Shown here: positions 37,558 through 49,635 of the stretch, piece after piece
Position numbering within the stretch: the stretch's first letter is position 1
Layout: each line of letters starts with the position of its first letter
NCBI GenBank assembly: GCA_965203485.1
Contig: OZ241892.1
Span: 224,001-288,000, forward strand
Source: Longimicrobiales bacterium
Lineage (GTDB): Bacteria; Gemmatimonadota; Gemmatimonadetes; Longimicrobiales; Gaopeijiaceae
Length of the DNA: 64,000 nucleotides
Direction of reading: 5' to 3'
Program-made: the position numbers and the translations under genes
The notes under the pieces: generated by a model
What the model was told of the DNA's origin: nothing
Database searches by the model: none
Seen by the model: the letters and a program-made list of their open reading frames with translations, nothing else

Positions 37558-37800
37558 CGGCGGTCACGACAAGATCGCCACTTGGATGCTCGACCCAGAC
37601 TACGACGGACGAAGCCTCTTGCCCCGCCAAGTGTTCTTCCCGGCCGGCAACGCCCGCCACGACTGGAATCGCCTGGCGAAGAACCTCAAGGCCAAGATTG
37701 ACCCGAGCCTGATCGAAACCTACCGCGGCACCGTTTCCCTGTCGTTCAAGGACGGCAAGTACGGCCACTGCGCCGTCAAGATTGTGGCCGATCGTGGCAT
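37558..37800 (+). pseudogene. Type III Mod methyltransferase, 3' remnant
   Basis: IATWMLDPDYDGRSLLPRQVFFP...W..LAKNLKA.ID......GTVSL.F..G....AVKIV.DRG is the usual C-terminus of this Mod family. Confidence 0.75.
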
Positions 37801-37894
37801 GCCCACCGAGGGTCCTTCTGGACAGCAAGACGCTGGAGGACATGGCAAGATCACATCCGAGAGCACCCTGCTGACGGCTGGAGGGCGAATTGAG

Positions 37895-38465
37895 CGCTGC
37901 GCATCGTGAGGAAGTCCTCCAACGAAGCCACGGCGCGCCTCGGGTCCGACATGTCGGGCTGGTAGGCCTGCAAGTGCGGCCACGCAGGGGAATCGACACC
38001 GGGCAACAACTCCTCGTCCACGGCGATGCCGAACGCCACGGACATCACGCTCTTGGTGACGGACTGTAGCGTGTGAAGGCCGGTGTCGCGGTAGAAGGGG
38101 TGCCAAGCGGGGTGGTCGTAGTTGTACCGGTGGTTGGCCGTGTCCTCTTGCGCGGTCAGGAGCGCAAACGTACCGGGCGGCGTGGTCCCAGTTGCGGTCG
38201 ACGATGACGCGGCCGTGGCGGACGAGGAGGAAGTGATCGATCAGGCCGTAGCACCCAGCGTTGATGTCGACCAAGAGCGAATCGACGGCGGCCGGGTCTA
38301 CGCCCTCGGCTTCGGGGGTAGCGCCGGGCCACTGGCTCGCTGGTTGCTGGTCCGCGTCGGAGGGATGGCATGCGAGTGCCACTGCCGCGAGGCGAGAGCG
38401 AGAGCATAGGCGGGGACGAAGGACGGCGGGCCGGGCCGGACGGGACTCGGGTTTGGCTTGCTCAT
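37895..38465 (-). pseudogene. Serine hydrolase (beta-lactamase family) 5' remnant
   Basis: WPGATPEAEGVD, LLVRHGRVIV, HTLQSVTKS (SxxK), LEDFLTMRS across frameshifts; truncated. Confidence 0.75.
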
Positions 38466-38672
38466 GGCGAATCCCTTTGGATGTGGAGGGGTTCCGGCCG
38501 ACGTGACCGCCGGCCAAGTGCGTGAAGTCTGAGACGAAATCTGTTGCGAGCCGACCGCCTCGCCGTAGCTTGGAGGCAACAGGTGCGGAGGCTACCTTCG
38601 CACGTCGCCGTCCATGCGGGTAGCGTCCCTCGGTCAACCCCCTTGCCCCTGGAGATTACGGAGCGAGAGCTG

Positions 38673-38940
38673 ATGTTGACCAGACTCACGTCCGACAACC
38701 AACTTACGTTGCCCGAGGCCGTAGCCGACAGACTTTGAGGGTACGGAGCACCTTGAGGTAGCCCTGGAGGCCGACCGCCTCGTCTTGACGCCTGTGCAGG
38801 TTGTTCGCGCCGTTGCGGTTCGTGCCAATCTGGCCGAGATGGGCATCACCGAAGAGGATGTTGCCGACGCCGTGAAGTGGGCGCGCAGTTCCGTTGCTGA
38901 ACCGACTCTAGACGTCGCTCCATCAGGTCGCCGCCCGTAG
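38673..38940 (+). pseudogene. AbrB/MazE-type antitoxin, frameshifted
   Basis: MLTRLTSDNQLTLPEAV then FEGTEHLEVA..RLVLTPV...GITEEDVADAVKWAR; a 4-bp duplication (gacagac) near 38727-38733 breaks the frame; no toxin follows. Confidence 0.7.
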
Positions 38941-39774
38941 CATCACCACCTCCGTGTCCAGCCCATGGTGCGCCACGTCCAGCTGGGGCGACTCGGCGGC
39001 AAGGCCCCGGGCCGTCACGTAGGACACCCGGAAGGGGAAAAGGCCGGGTTGCCCGAGCAGCTCCCGGACGGGCCCGGCAGGCTCGCCGTCTCGGATGTGA
39101 AGAGCGGCCTCCGCCAGCCAAGCGACCAACGCTGGGGCGTGGACCCAGCATGGCTCGCCGGCAACGTATCGACCCTGCGTCTCGGTGTCGGCCAGGATTC
39201 CCCAGTCCACGAACGACCGCACGACGCGTTGCGTGGCCCGGACGACGGTGGGGCGCTCGCCGTACTGCTCCTGGACGCGGCGGTGGACCTGGGCGGCGGT
39301 GGCGACGCCCTGCAGACGGAGGAGCCGGCCGACCTGGGTTGCAACGGCGTTCCAGAAGGGGTAGGCCGCCATCGTCATGCCCCAGTGCACGGCCAAGCGC
39401 CCGGTGGACTCCGTGGTGCCCGCCGGTTCGGTGGTCACCGCCGGTTCCGTGAGCCCGGCTGACTCCATGACCTCCGCTGGCTTGGTGGCCCTCGCCAGCC
39501 TCATGCCGTCCAGAAGGCGTAGGCCGGCGTCGCGCAACGGGAGGAGTCGCGGGGGCGGTCCGCACCAGATTCGCATCAGGATGGTGATCGTCTTTTCGCG
39601 GTTGCCGCGAGGGCTGGTTCCACCCACCGACACCTTCTCTTCAAGCATCTCCGCCAGGGCCGACCAAGCCTGCGCGCGGTCGCGTCCGGCGCGCGCCAAC
39701 CCCGCCGCCTCGTCCAGCCACTCCAGTCGGAGGCGCTGGCTGAGCCCGACCGCTTGCGACGCCGGGCCGCTCAC
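38923..39774 (-). CDS. brxA: BREX type 3 BrxA-family protein
   Basis: VGLSQRLRLEWL, REKTITILMRIW, HWGMTMAAYPF, GRLLRLQG, YGERPTV.RATQRVVRSFVDWG; GTG overlaps the pglZ stop. Confidence 0.75.
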   Translation of the reverse strand: MSGPASQAVGLSQRLRLEWLDEAAGLARAGRDRAQAWSALAEMLEEKVSVGGTSPRGNREKTITILMRIWCGPPPRLLPLRDAGLRLLDGMRLARATKPAEVMESAGLTEPAVTTEPAGTTESTGRLAVHWGMTMAAYPFWNAVATQVGRLLRLQGVATAAQVHRRVQEQYGERPTVVRATQRVVRSFVDWGILADTETQGRYVAGEPCWVHAPALVAWLAEAALHIRDGEPAGPVRELLGQPGLFPFRVSYVTARGLAAESPQLDVAHHGLDTEVVMLRAAT

Positions 39775-41771
39775 GGCTCCGCCCGCTCGATGCCGACCAG
39801 CGGCACGACGACCTCCTCCAACGACGCGCCGCCGTGGGCGACCACTCGCTTCCCCTTGCGAACGAACGCGGAGCGCCCGGGAGCCAGCAGGGGCAGGTAG
39901 TCCTGGGGCAGGCCCGCCGTCGGCCACGGCCGGGCGTCCGGGAACTCGGCGGCGGCCCGCGTGCGCAACGTCGCGCTGGGATAGACGTGGACACGCTTGC
40001 CCCGAAGGTCGGCGACTCCTCCGGTGGCTGGAAGGCCGCAACCCGTCGCTTCGACGTTGCCGTGGTCGGAGGCGAGCCAGACTCGGAAGCCGTTGTCCAG
40101 GAGCAGGTCGAGGAGCGTGGCCAAGTAGGGCTCCCGCGCCCACTGACGGACTTGGCCGTGCATTCCGCGGGCGCCGAGCTCCATGCCGTGCATGATCTTG
40201 TCCACCGTGTCCACGACCAGTCCTGCGGCCCGCACTCGCGGACGAGAGATCAGGTCGGCGACGGCCTCCGGCGAACCGGCGCCCAGGTTCTTCCGGTAGA
40301 CGGCGGCGTCGGCGGCCAGGCCGCGCCCGGTCCAGTACTGACGCCACAGCGCCGGCTCTCGATCCGTGGAGTCGATGCTGCCCGGCGGGAAGTAGAAGGG
40401 CGGCTTCCCGGCGAACGCGGCTTGGCGCGACACGGACGTGATCGTGGGAATCCAGGCGAAGACGGCCCCTTCCCGGAAGCGGTAGGCGGGCCGACGGCGG
40501 GCCAGCTCCTCGCGCACCACGACCCATTGGTCCATTGACAGGCCGTCCACGACCAGCAGGGCGGCCTTGTGCTCCGGCGCGTCGTCCAAGTGTCGCGCAA
40601 GTACGCGCGGCACGTGGTGCAGCATGACGGGCGGAGAAGGCGGCAGGTTGGCCAAGCCCGCATAGCGACGCCCCAGCCACTCGGCGAAGGCGGCGTCGAC
40701 GCGGTCGTGGAGCGCGGCAAGGTTCGGCTCGGTCGTGTCGGCGGCTTCGCGTTCCGGGGACAGGGCGAGTGCCCGAGCTTCCGCCCATGTGCGGGCGAAG
40801 CGTAGCCAATCGCCGTAGCGCGCGTCCGGGTCGGGCAGGGCGTCGGCCGCCGCGTCGAGCAGGCGTTCCAGGTGCTGCGCGTCGGCGTCGTCGCCCGAGG
40901 TCCGCACTCCGGACGCAACCCAACTATCGGCGAAGGTGTCGGCGGCCGCGTGATCGACCGGTCGCAGAAACCCCTCCCGGAACAGGTTGTCGATGTAGAC
41001 GCGAACGTCGTCGTGGTCGAAGGGCAGATTCGCCGGCCCTGGGTAGGCGAAGTTGTGGTCGTGCTCCTCCGGCGTTGTCTGGGACTCGGCGGCACGGCCG
41101 AGGAAGCGAAGCCAGCGTTCTTGAAGGAACGCGAAAAAAGCGTCCGGGTCCGGCACGATCTGCTCCAGGGGCCAGTCCTCGAAGTGGCCGTCCCGGCGGA
41201 GAATCCAAACCAGGCGCTCGCCCAGCGGTGGCGGAATCGACTGGCCGCCGTGATGGATGCGGAGCAGAGCGCGAAGCAGACTCGGAGGTTCGCGCACGAG
41301 TTCGGAGGCGATCCCGAAGACATGGCGAAGAATGAAGTCCTTGGTCGCATTGTCGCCCAGAACGCCCGGCGGCTTGCCTTCCACGGCGTCGTAGAGTGCA
41401 TCGAGTTGCGTGGGATCGAGTGTCGCCACGACCGTCCGGCTCAGGGCGGGGAACAGCGCGTCGAGTCCGAGGGTCAGCGATCTCCCGGCTTGGACTACGT
41501 CGTAGGGCAGATTGGCGGCATCAAGAACGTCCATCCTCGCCACGACGACGGCCTCGATCGGCTTGCCGTCGTCCCAGTAGCGTCGGCATCTCGACTCGTA
41601 GGCGTATCGAAACGCCACGGGTTCATCGAAGACCAGCACCTCGAAGCCCCGGTGCCGAAGCTCGGCAAGGACGGCCTCGTCCAGCACCAAGCCGTCGGGG
41701 TCGGATACGACGGTCAGCCGGGAAGCTCCCGGTGGGAACTCCTTGAGGACACGGTCGCGCCAGTTGTTCAC
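39771..41771 (-). CDS. pglZ: BREX type 3 PglZ phosphoesterase
   Basis: VSDPDGL, LLVVDGLSMDQW, FAWIPTITSVSRQA, VDKIMHG, SDHGN, HGGASLEEVVVP. Confidence 0.93.
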   Translation of the reverse strand: MNNWRDRVLKEFPPGASRLTVVSDPDGLVLDEAVLAELRHRGFEVLVFDEPVAFRYAYESRCRRYWDDGKPIEAVVVARMDVLDAANLPYDVVQAGRSLTLGLDALFPALSRTVVATLDPTQLDALYDAVEGKPPGVLGDNATKDFILRHVFGIASELVREPPSLLRALLRIHHGGQSIPPPLGERLVWILRRDGHFEDWPLEQIVPDPDAFFAFLQERWLRFLGRAAESQTTPEEHDHNFAYPGPANLPFDHDDVRVYIDNLFREGFLRPVDHAAADTFADSWVASGVRTSGDDADAQHLERLLDAAADALPDPDARYGDWLRFARTWAEARALALSPEREAADTTEPNLAALHDRVDAAFAEWLGRRYAGLANLPPSPPVMLHHVPRVLARHLDDAPEHKAALLVVDGLSMDQWVVVREELARRRPAYRFREGAVFAWIPTITSVSRQAAFAGKPPFYFPPGSIDSTDREPALWRQYWTGRGLAADAAVYRKNLGAGSPEAVADLISRPRVRAAGLVVDTVDKIMHGMELGARGMHGQVRQWAREPYLATLLDLLLDNGFRVWLASDHGNVEATGCGLPATGGVADLRGKRVHVYPSATLRTRAAAEFPDARPWPTAGLPQDYLPLLAPGRSAFVRKGKRVVAHGGASLEEVVVPLVGIERAEP

Positions 41772-41928
41772 AACCCTCGAGTGCTACCAGTCACGAAGTT
41801 TCCAGAATCCGACGAGGATGATCCATCAGACTATTCGCGCCATGGGCAAGATCTGCAGTCGAAATCCCGCCTACGCCTATCCGGGGCGGTCAGTGCTTTG
41901 GTGTTCTGCACGGAAGTTCCTTGACGTG

Positions 41929-42843
41929 CTACCGTAGCCTGGGCAACGCCGTCAACCGCTTGCGCGCCCAATCCTCCACCTCTGCCCTTCGGCCGCCTTC
42001 CAGGTAGCCGTCCGGCCCGCCTTTGAGCAATCGTGCTCGATCGAGCACGATGGCGTGATCCATGCGTCGAAAATACCGGATGTACTCTCCGTCCCTCGCC
42101 CACCACCAGGGAACCGCAAATGCCGGCACAGGTCTGGCGTTCCACTGAACGAGTTCGTTCCATCTATCGACCGGCACTCTGTCCTTTGCCATCCAGTTCC
42201 TCCCGGTTGCGCACTGGATCAGGAATACGACGGACCCTGCGGCACTCCCGCCCACTGCATGGCGCGCGGCGACGTCTAATCCGATGTCCTTGTCGTACGG
42301 TTCCACCCTTTTGCCGAGATTATGAGGTTTCAGTCCCAACTCTTGCGCAAAATGCTCAATTCTGTCGCGAACGCTAGACGGCGTGCCTTCGTCAGGCGGC
42401 CAGCCGAACCGTGCTGCCCTCCCTCCCAGAAGCCCCGTAGCCGACGCGGCGACAACATGCTCAAACAACTTCGCCAACTCTTCTCCCTCGCCGCGCCCGT
42501 AATGGCCTGCCGTCGCCGCAAGCAAGAGAAAGGCGAAACTCGGACACGACTTCAAGTCGCTGATCGTTTCCAAGGTGCTGTTGTGGACGGCTAACGGATA
42601 CTGATCGCCAAGAAACGTCTTGCGGCTCCTCAGTTCGGCCCATGTGTCTTCTTCGAGTCGATTCAGGTCGTTGGCGTCACCCGAGTCGGTGTAGTCGTAC
42701 AACCCGGCATCACGATACGCCGTTGCAACATGCTCGCGAGAGAGGACCTCGCCGTCTGCCAACGCGCACAACTCGACCCAGTCCGCAATGACATTGACGG
42801 AGTTCGTGTCTCTGCCCGGAAGGTTGGATGGAAGTTCAATCAT
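41929..42843 (-). CDS. Hypothetical protein with PD-(D/E)XK-like restriction-nuclease features
   Basis: ADWVEL N-terminus; KLFE...KDIGLDV...FLIQCATGRNW; ATG overlaps the ParB-gene stop by 8 nt. Confidence 0.6.
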   Translation of the reverse strand: MIELPSNLPGRDTNSVNVIADWVELCALADGEVLSREHVATAYRDAGLYDYTDSGDANDLNRLEEDTWAELRSRKTFLGDQYPLAVHNSTLETISDLKSCPSFAFLLLAATAGHYGRGEGEELAKLFEHVVAASATGLLGGRAARFGWPPDEGTPSSVRDRIEHFAQELGLKPHNLGKRVEPYDKDIGLDVAARHAVGGSAAGSVVFLIQCATGRNWMAKDRVPVDRWNELVQWNARPVPAFAVPWWWARDGEYIRYFRRMDHAIVLDRARLLKGGPDGYLEGGRRAEVEDWARKRLTALPRLR

Positions 42844-43942
42844 CTCCGAAATACTTGTTTCTGACGTTGGGAAAATGCTCAAGTATCTGACTCATGAAGC
42901 GTGCACACCGCCGAGCACCTTCCACAACATCCTCGTTGGTCTTGTGTTCGGAAACAAGTGCCACAATCTCTTCGAGCTTGTAGGCGGCAGTGTGCATAGA
43001 ATCACCCACGGACTGCGCTTCTCCACCGGATTTTTGCCATGCTCGGTCAAAGCTCGGTTTCTCAGCATTGCGCAAGTAACGGACTGCAGTAGGTGATTCA
43101 AGGATCTGGCCCCACTTGCTCAGCTGTCTGGAATCACTGACAACCGGTTTGAGTTCGTCGGTCCCGAAAGTCCATTCAACGAACTCACGAAAACGATCTT
43201 CATCGGCTTGCACTGGATTGCGTTGTGGTGCGCCTGTATATTCGACAGCGAGAAATCGGTTGATTCCAGGCGAATTGAGCGCACGAAGCAGAACCCCAAA
43301 TCTGCTGTCCATCCGAGTGCTTCCAGGCACGCCCCGAGCGTGGGCTTGGCGCACTATCGTGTAGGCAACGTGATGTCGCTCCACGTGCTTCGCATAGGAG
43401 CCCAATCGATCTGCCACTCTCTTGAAGTCCCAATCATGATCCTCGACTAAAGCGGATATGAATCCAGCTTTTTCGTAAGCCGGCCACTTCAAGACGCCTG
43501 TAACGTGACGAAAGCCAATGAACGCGGAGAGTTTGTGATCGTCCCTGGCATCGAACACCTCAACAGGCACCTGGCTGATCTGCCGTCTCTGGTCACGGGA
43601 GAGACGATTCGCGAAGTTCTTCCACTTGGCGTATTGCTTATGATCCTTCGCCAAGTCGGGGTCGAGCAGCAACTTCAGAGTTGCGACCCGGCGATTGCCC
43701 TCTGCGATCACGACTTTCGCCGCGTCGGCGTCGGACGGAAACCCGACCAACGGATCAAACGTCAAGTATCCGCTCGACAGAATGGACTCGGCCAGTTCCT
43801 CGAGCTTGAATCGGTCGATCAGCAATCGGAGCGTCTCCGCCTGGGGCTTGCCTCGTTCCGACGTTGCGAACCGGGGGTTTTGGGGGTCGAGTTGGAGGTC
43901 GACGGGAGAATGGTCTTGGAGCCTTGGAGTATTTGGAGTCAT
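42836..43942 (-). CDS. ParB/Srx-like N-terminal domain protein
   Basis: LQLDPQNPRF, LAESI...G, VIAEGNRRVATLKLL (ParB GxxR arginine patch), RHVTG..KW..YEKA; ATGA overlap with the MTase stop. Confidence 0.78.
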   Translation of the reverse strand: MTPNTPRLQDHSPVDLQLDPQNPRFATSERGKPQAETLRLLIDRFKLEELAESILSSGYLTFDPLVGFPSDADAAKVVIAEGNRRVATLKLLLDPDLAKDHKQYAKWKNFANRLSRDQRRQISQVPVEVFDARDDHKLSAFIGFRHVTGVLKWPAYEKAGFISALVEDHDWDFKRVADRLGSYAKHVERHHVAYTIVRQAHARGVPGSTRMDSRFGVLLRALNSPGINRFLAVEYTGAPQRNPVQADEDRFREFVEWTFGTDELKPVVSDSRQLSKWGQILESPTAVRYLRNAEKPSFDRAWQKSGGEAQSVGDSMHTAAYKLEEIVALVSEHKTNEDVVEGARRCARFMSQILEHFPNVRNKYFGDD

Positions 43943-45195
43943 GCGGATGCGAGCCTGGGAGAAAGGGGCCGGGGGCCCCGGCCGGGTCCGGGGTGAGCAC
44001 GATGGTCCATCTCGAGGCGAAGGTAGCCGCGAGGCACGGGATGTGTCGGCTCCGGCAAGGGCACGGTTGGTTTGCGGGGAATGGCTAGGGCGGGGGTGCC
44101 CGAGTAGGTCATGGCCCAGAGCTGGCGTCCGAGGGCGCGACCAAGGACTTCGGCCAGGAGCGGAGGCGTGGCGTTTCCGATCTGCTGGACTTGCTGGCGA
44201 TAGCCGCCTGTCAGTCGCCAGTTCCCCGGAAAGCTCTGGAGCCGCAACAACTCTGACGGCGCGAGACGACGGCTGGTCCAGTGAAATGGGCCCGTGCCGG
44301 GTCCCGGAGTAGCGGGCAATGTCCACGAAGGAGAGTTCTTCGCGAGCTTCAGGAGAAACGACCAGTACCGAGTCCGATATCCGAAGAGATTTCGGCCGTC
44401 GCCCCTAGAGGTGTGCCATAGGTAGTTCTGGCCTTCCGGTATGGAGGGCAACAGATCCGCCCAACAGCCCGTCGCGGCCGGCCGTGCGCGAGGACGAAGG
44501 TGTCCGATGGCGTCCCAAGCACGGACGGGCAAATCGGCGTGGGTCTTGTCGGGCCACGCGAACGACTTCGGGCCTCGAACCGCAAGCAGGAAACCTCGCC
44601 GACGAGCTTGCGGCACGCCGTAGTCGGCGGCATTGAGGATCGTGGAGTGAACGTGGTACGAGTCCCTACGGTTGCCGACGGCCTCCAGCGCATGTTGCAG
44701 AACGGGCAACATGGACGTGCGTCCCTTGATCAAGCCGGGCACGTTTTCCAGCAGAACCGCCCGGGGACGGAATGCATCCACGATTCGCAACAAGGCTTGC
44801 AGAGAACCTGCACGTGGATCCTCGCGGCCCCTGCGTCCGTTCTTCGTCCACTGCGCCGCCATCGAGAACGGTTGGCACGGTGGGCCAGCAGCAATCAGGT
44901 CGAGTTCTCCGCAAGCCATTTCGAGCGCAGCGGGCTTCAGTTCCCTGGCGGCGTCCTCGACCCTCCTGCAACCCGACAGAGTCCAGTTCGGCCGATTCCG
45001 GCGCAAGGTGGCACGGACCACAGGGTCCTGCTCCACACAGTGCACGGTGCGGAAGCCAGCGTTTTCCAACCCGAGATCCAGCCCGCCCATCCCCGTAAAT
45101 AGAGACAGGACTCGTGGCCCACCTGCGTTCCTCCCGGTACGTCGGCTCTCCCTGCCAGGGAAAGCTACGGTACGCCTCGGGTCGCTCTGGGCCAC
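43939..45195 (-). CDS. dcm: DNA (cytosine-5)-methyltransferase
   Basis: LFTGMGGLDLG (motif I), GPPCQPFS (IV), ENVPG (VI), YGVPQARRR (VIII), RLQSFP, QIGNATPP. Start uncertain (GTG 45195 or ATG 45309). Confidence 0.93.
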   Translation of the reverse strand: MAQSDPRRTVAFPGRESRRTGRNAGGPRVLSLFTGMGGLDLGLENAGFRTVHCVEQDPVVRATLRRNRPNWTLSGCRRVEDAARELKPAALEMACGELDLIAAGPPCQPFSMAAQWTKNGRRGREDPRAGSLQALLRIVDAFRPRAVLLENVPGLIKGRTSMLPVLQHALEAVGNRRDSYHVHSTILNAADYGVPQARRRGFLLAVRGPKSFAWPDKTHADLPVRAWDAIGHLRPRARPAATGCWADLLPSIPEGQNYLWHTSRGDGRNLFGYRTRYWSFLLKLAKNSPSWTLPATPGPGTGPFHWTSRRLAPSELLRLQSFPGNWRLTGGYRQQVQQIGNATPPLLAEVLGRALGRQLWAMTYSGTPALAIPRKPTVPLPEPTHPVPRGYLRLEMDHRAHPGPGRGPRPLSPRLASA

Positions 45196-45537
45196 GGTCT
45201 GCTTCAGGTCCGCCCGGAGGTCGGACTGGCAGGGGCGCAGGCGGCCAACGCGACGGCGGAACTCATGGCTGGCCTCCTCTTGTGGGGCTTTGGCGACTGA
45301 ACGGAACATCGCCCGTGACGGTATCGTGGTCCGACGGAGCCTGGCCCCGCGTCCTCGGGCCGCGCCGTCTTCTCCACAAGATGAGCATGGCGAGGCAGAC
45401 TGGGCAACCCTCCCTATTGGGCCGAGTCGGGCCTGCGGAGAGCATTCGGGCGGCACTACGGCCTGGAGTCGTCAGGAGATGCGCGTCCATGACGCCCTCC
45501 ATCATGCTCCACGAAGGCATCGTCCCCTGCAGGCTAG

Positions 45538-45776
45538 TAGCCCCGTGGCAAAAGTCCCTTTGCCGGCGCTCCAGTTTGGGTAGGTTCGAGGGAGACGAGG
45601 AACCTCTCGAAGGAGGACGGCGATGGCGATGGGCAGGTAGCGTCGCGGGCCGGAGCAAGCGCTGTTCTTGGCGACCAGCGCGGCGGAGAATCCGTTCTAT
45701 CGGGCCCTGAACGAGTTGCTGGACGAGAACGGCGTCGGCCCGTTCGCCGAGGACCTGTGCGAGGAGTTCTACGCGC
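45538..45776 (+). mobile_element. 5' fragment of an IS1182/IS5-like element, cut by IS21
   Basis: End TAGCCCCGTGGCAAAAGTCCC after CTAG resembles the 56753 end; encodes ENPFYRALNELLDENG...DLCEEFYA as in 55438-56753. Confidence 0.8.
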
Positions 45777-45904
45777 TGTCGAGCGACAACCAAGATGAGA
45801 CGGTAGCGGCAACCAAGATGAGACTGCCGGAGGCGGCCGTGATCTGAGGTCGAGGGATTCGGACGCGGGTTCGGTCCTGTCGTTCGGAGGCCGGCCGTCG
45901 GTGA

Positions 45905-48327
<2,423 letters not shown>

Positions 48328-48949
48328 CCGCCCGGCTGCCCGGCCCAACGCCCGCGCCGACGACCGACCACCTGATCGGCGCCCGGGCTCGCTTCCACAA
48401 CCGCCTCCGACTCGCAACCCCGGCGCCGGCGCTCGTGCGGAAGTCCCATGAAACAACCCGAATTCAGGGGTATCCCAGGTCGGGTCCGTGCGAGACCTCG
48501 CGTTAGACGGCCAGCAGCGGCCTCGAATTCCGGCAAGACCAGCCAACTCTCCGCGATCAAGCGCTTTGGGTCGGACGGGTGCCTGCTCCAGGGCCTCACT
48601 TGCCCCATGCCCAACCCCCTCGTCTTGACCCGTTCCACCTCCGTTGCCATCGTTCCTGTCACGATCCTGGACGTCTCATCCTGATTGTCGCCGGGGTCTT
48701 ATCCTGATTGTCGCTCTACAACTGGGGAAATCGTGCGAAGATCAGAGCTGGTAACGGAATGGCCCGTAGCTTTCCCCCGTCTGGAAAAGAGGAGCGGCAC
48801 GATCCGTTCAATAGGACCGGCCCATGTTCGGCTGAAGCCGTTCGCGGGGCCGGGGTCCGATCTCCGTTGCCGTAGCCGGTCGGCCTCGGCCAAGACCATC
48901 TCCAGCATGATCTGGCCATGTGCTCCCGTTGAGGCCTCGTTCTCGAACC

Positions 48950-49320
48950 CGTGGGACAGTTCGGTGCATCCGTGGCTTGAGGACCGCGGCCCGGCTTGCC
49001 CTGATGCTGATCGCGTCGCCACGATGCGACCAACGAGCTCATGTGCGTACGTGGGGCCGGGGCGGGCACTTCGGCCAGTGCTTCGGCCCGGAGGGCAAGC
49101 CGACTCGGACGATCATCGGCATCGCGCTGGACAAGCTGGGCGTCAAGGTGATCCTGGCGCACTCGCCGCAGGCAAAAAGACGGGTCGACCGAACGTTCGG
49201 TCCGGCACAGGACCGGCTGGTCAAGGAGATGCGCCTAGCGCGGACCACACGCTCGAGGCGGTGCTCCGCTACCTGGTGGAGCGGTGCATGCCGTTCTGGA
49301 CGAGTGCTTCGCGGTGGCGT
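48950..49320 (+). pseudogene. ISNCY-type transposase remnant
   Basis: SVHPWLEDRGP; GIALDKLGVKVILAHSPQAKRRVDRTFGPAQDRLVKEMRLA in broken frames. Confidence 0.7.
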
Positions 49321-49635
49321 CGAGTTCATCGGCACCAACCCGACCCCGCCAGAATCTGAGCCAGCCACATGAAATACTAACCCACGCTATCCACGCCCAT
49401 ACGATTTCGTTCGGAACCGTCAATTCGAATGGAATCGTCATTGCTTCTCTTCCTGTCCATCCACCACCTACAGACAAACTCTCGTTTGCTCTTCTGTAGG
49501 CCTCATCCAAGGCCCTCCCCTTGACGACCAGCATCGAATGTTTAGGATGAACCCATGAACTACCCGGCCTCTACGAGAATGACGCCAAGCTCTCTTCCGC
49601 CTTCCCACAATCCATGATCGAAAGGACCACCAACC

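Noticed and set aside
41772..41928. Remnant of brxHII upstream of pglZ
   Set aside because: No convincing helicase C-terminal sequence in any frame by eye.
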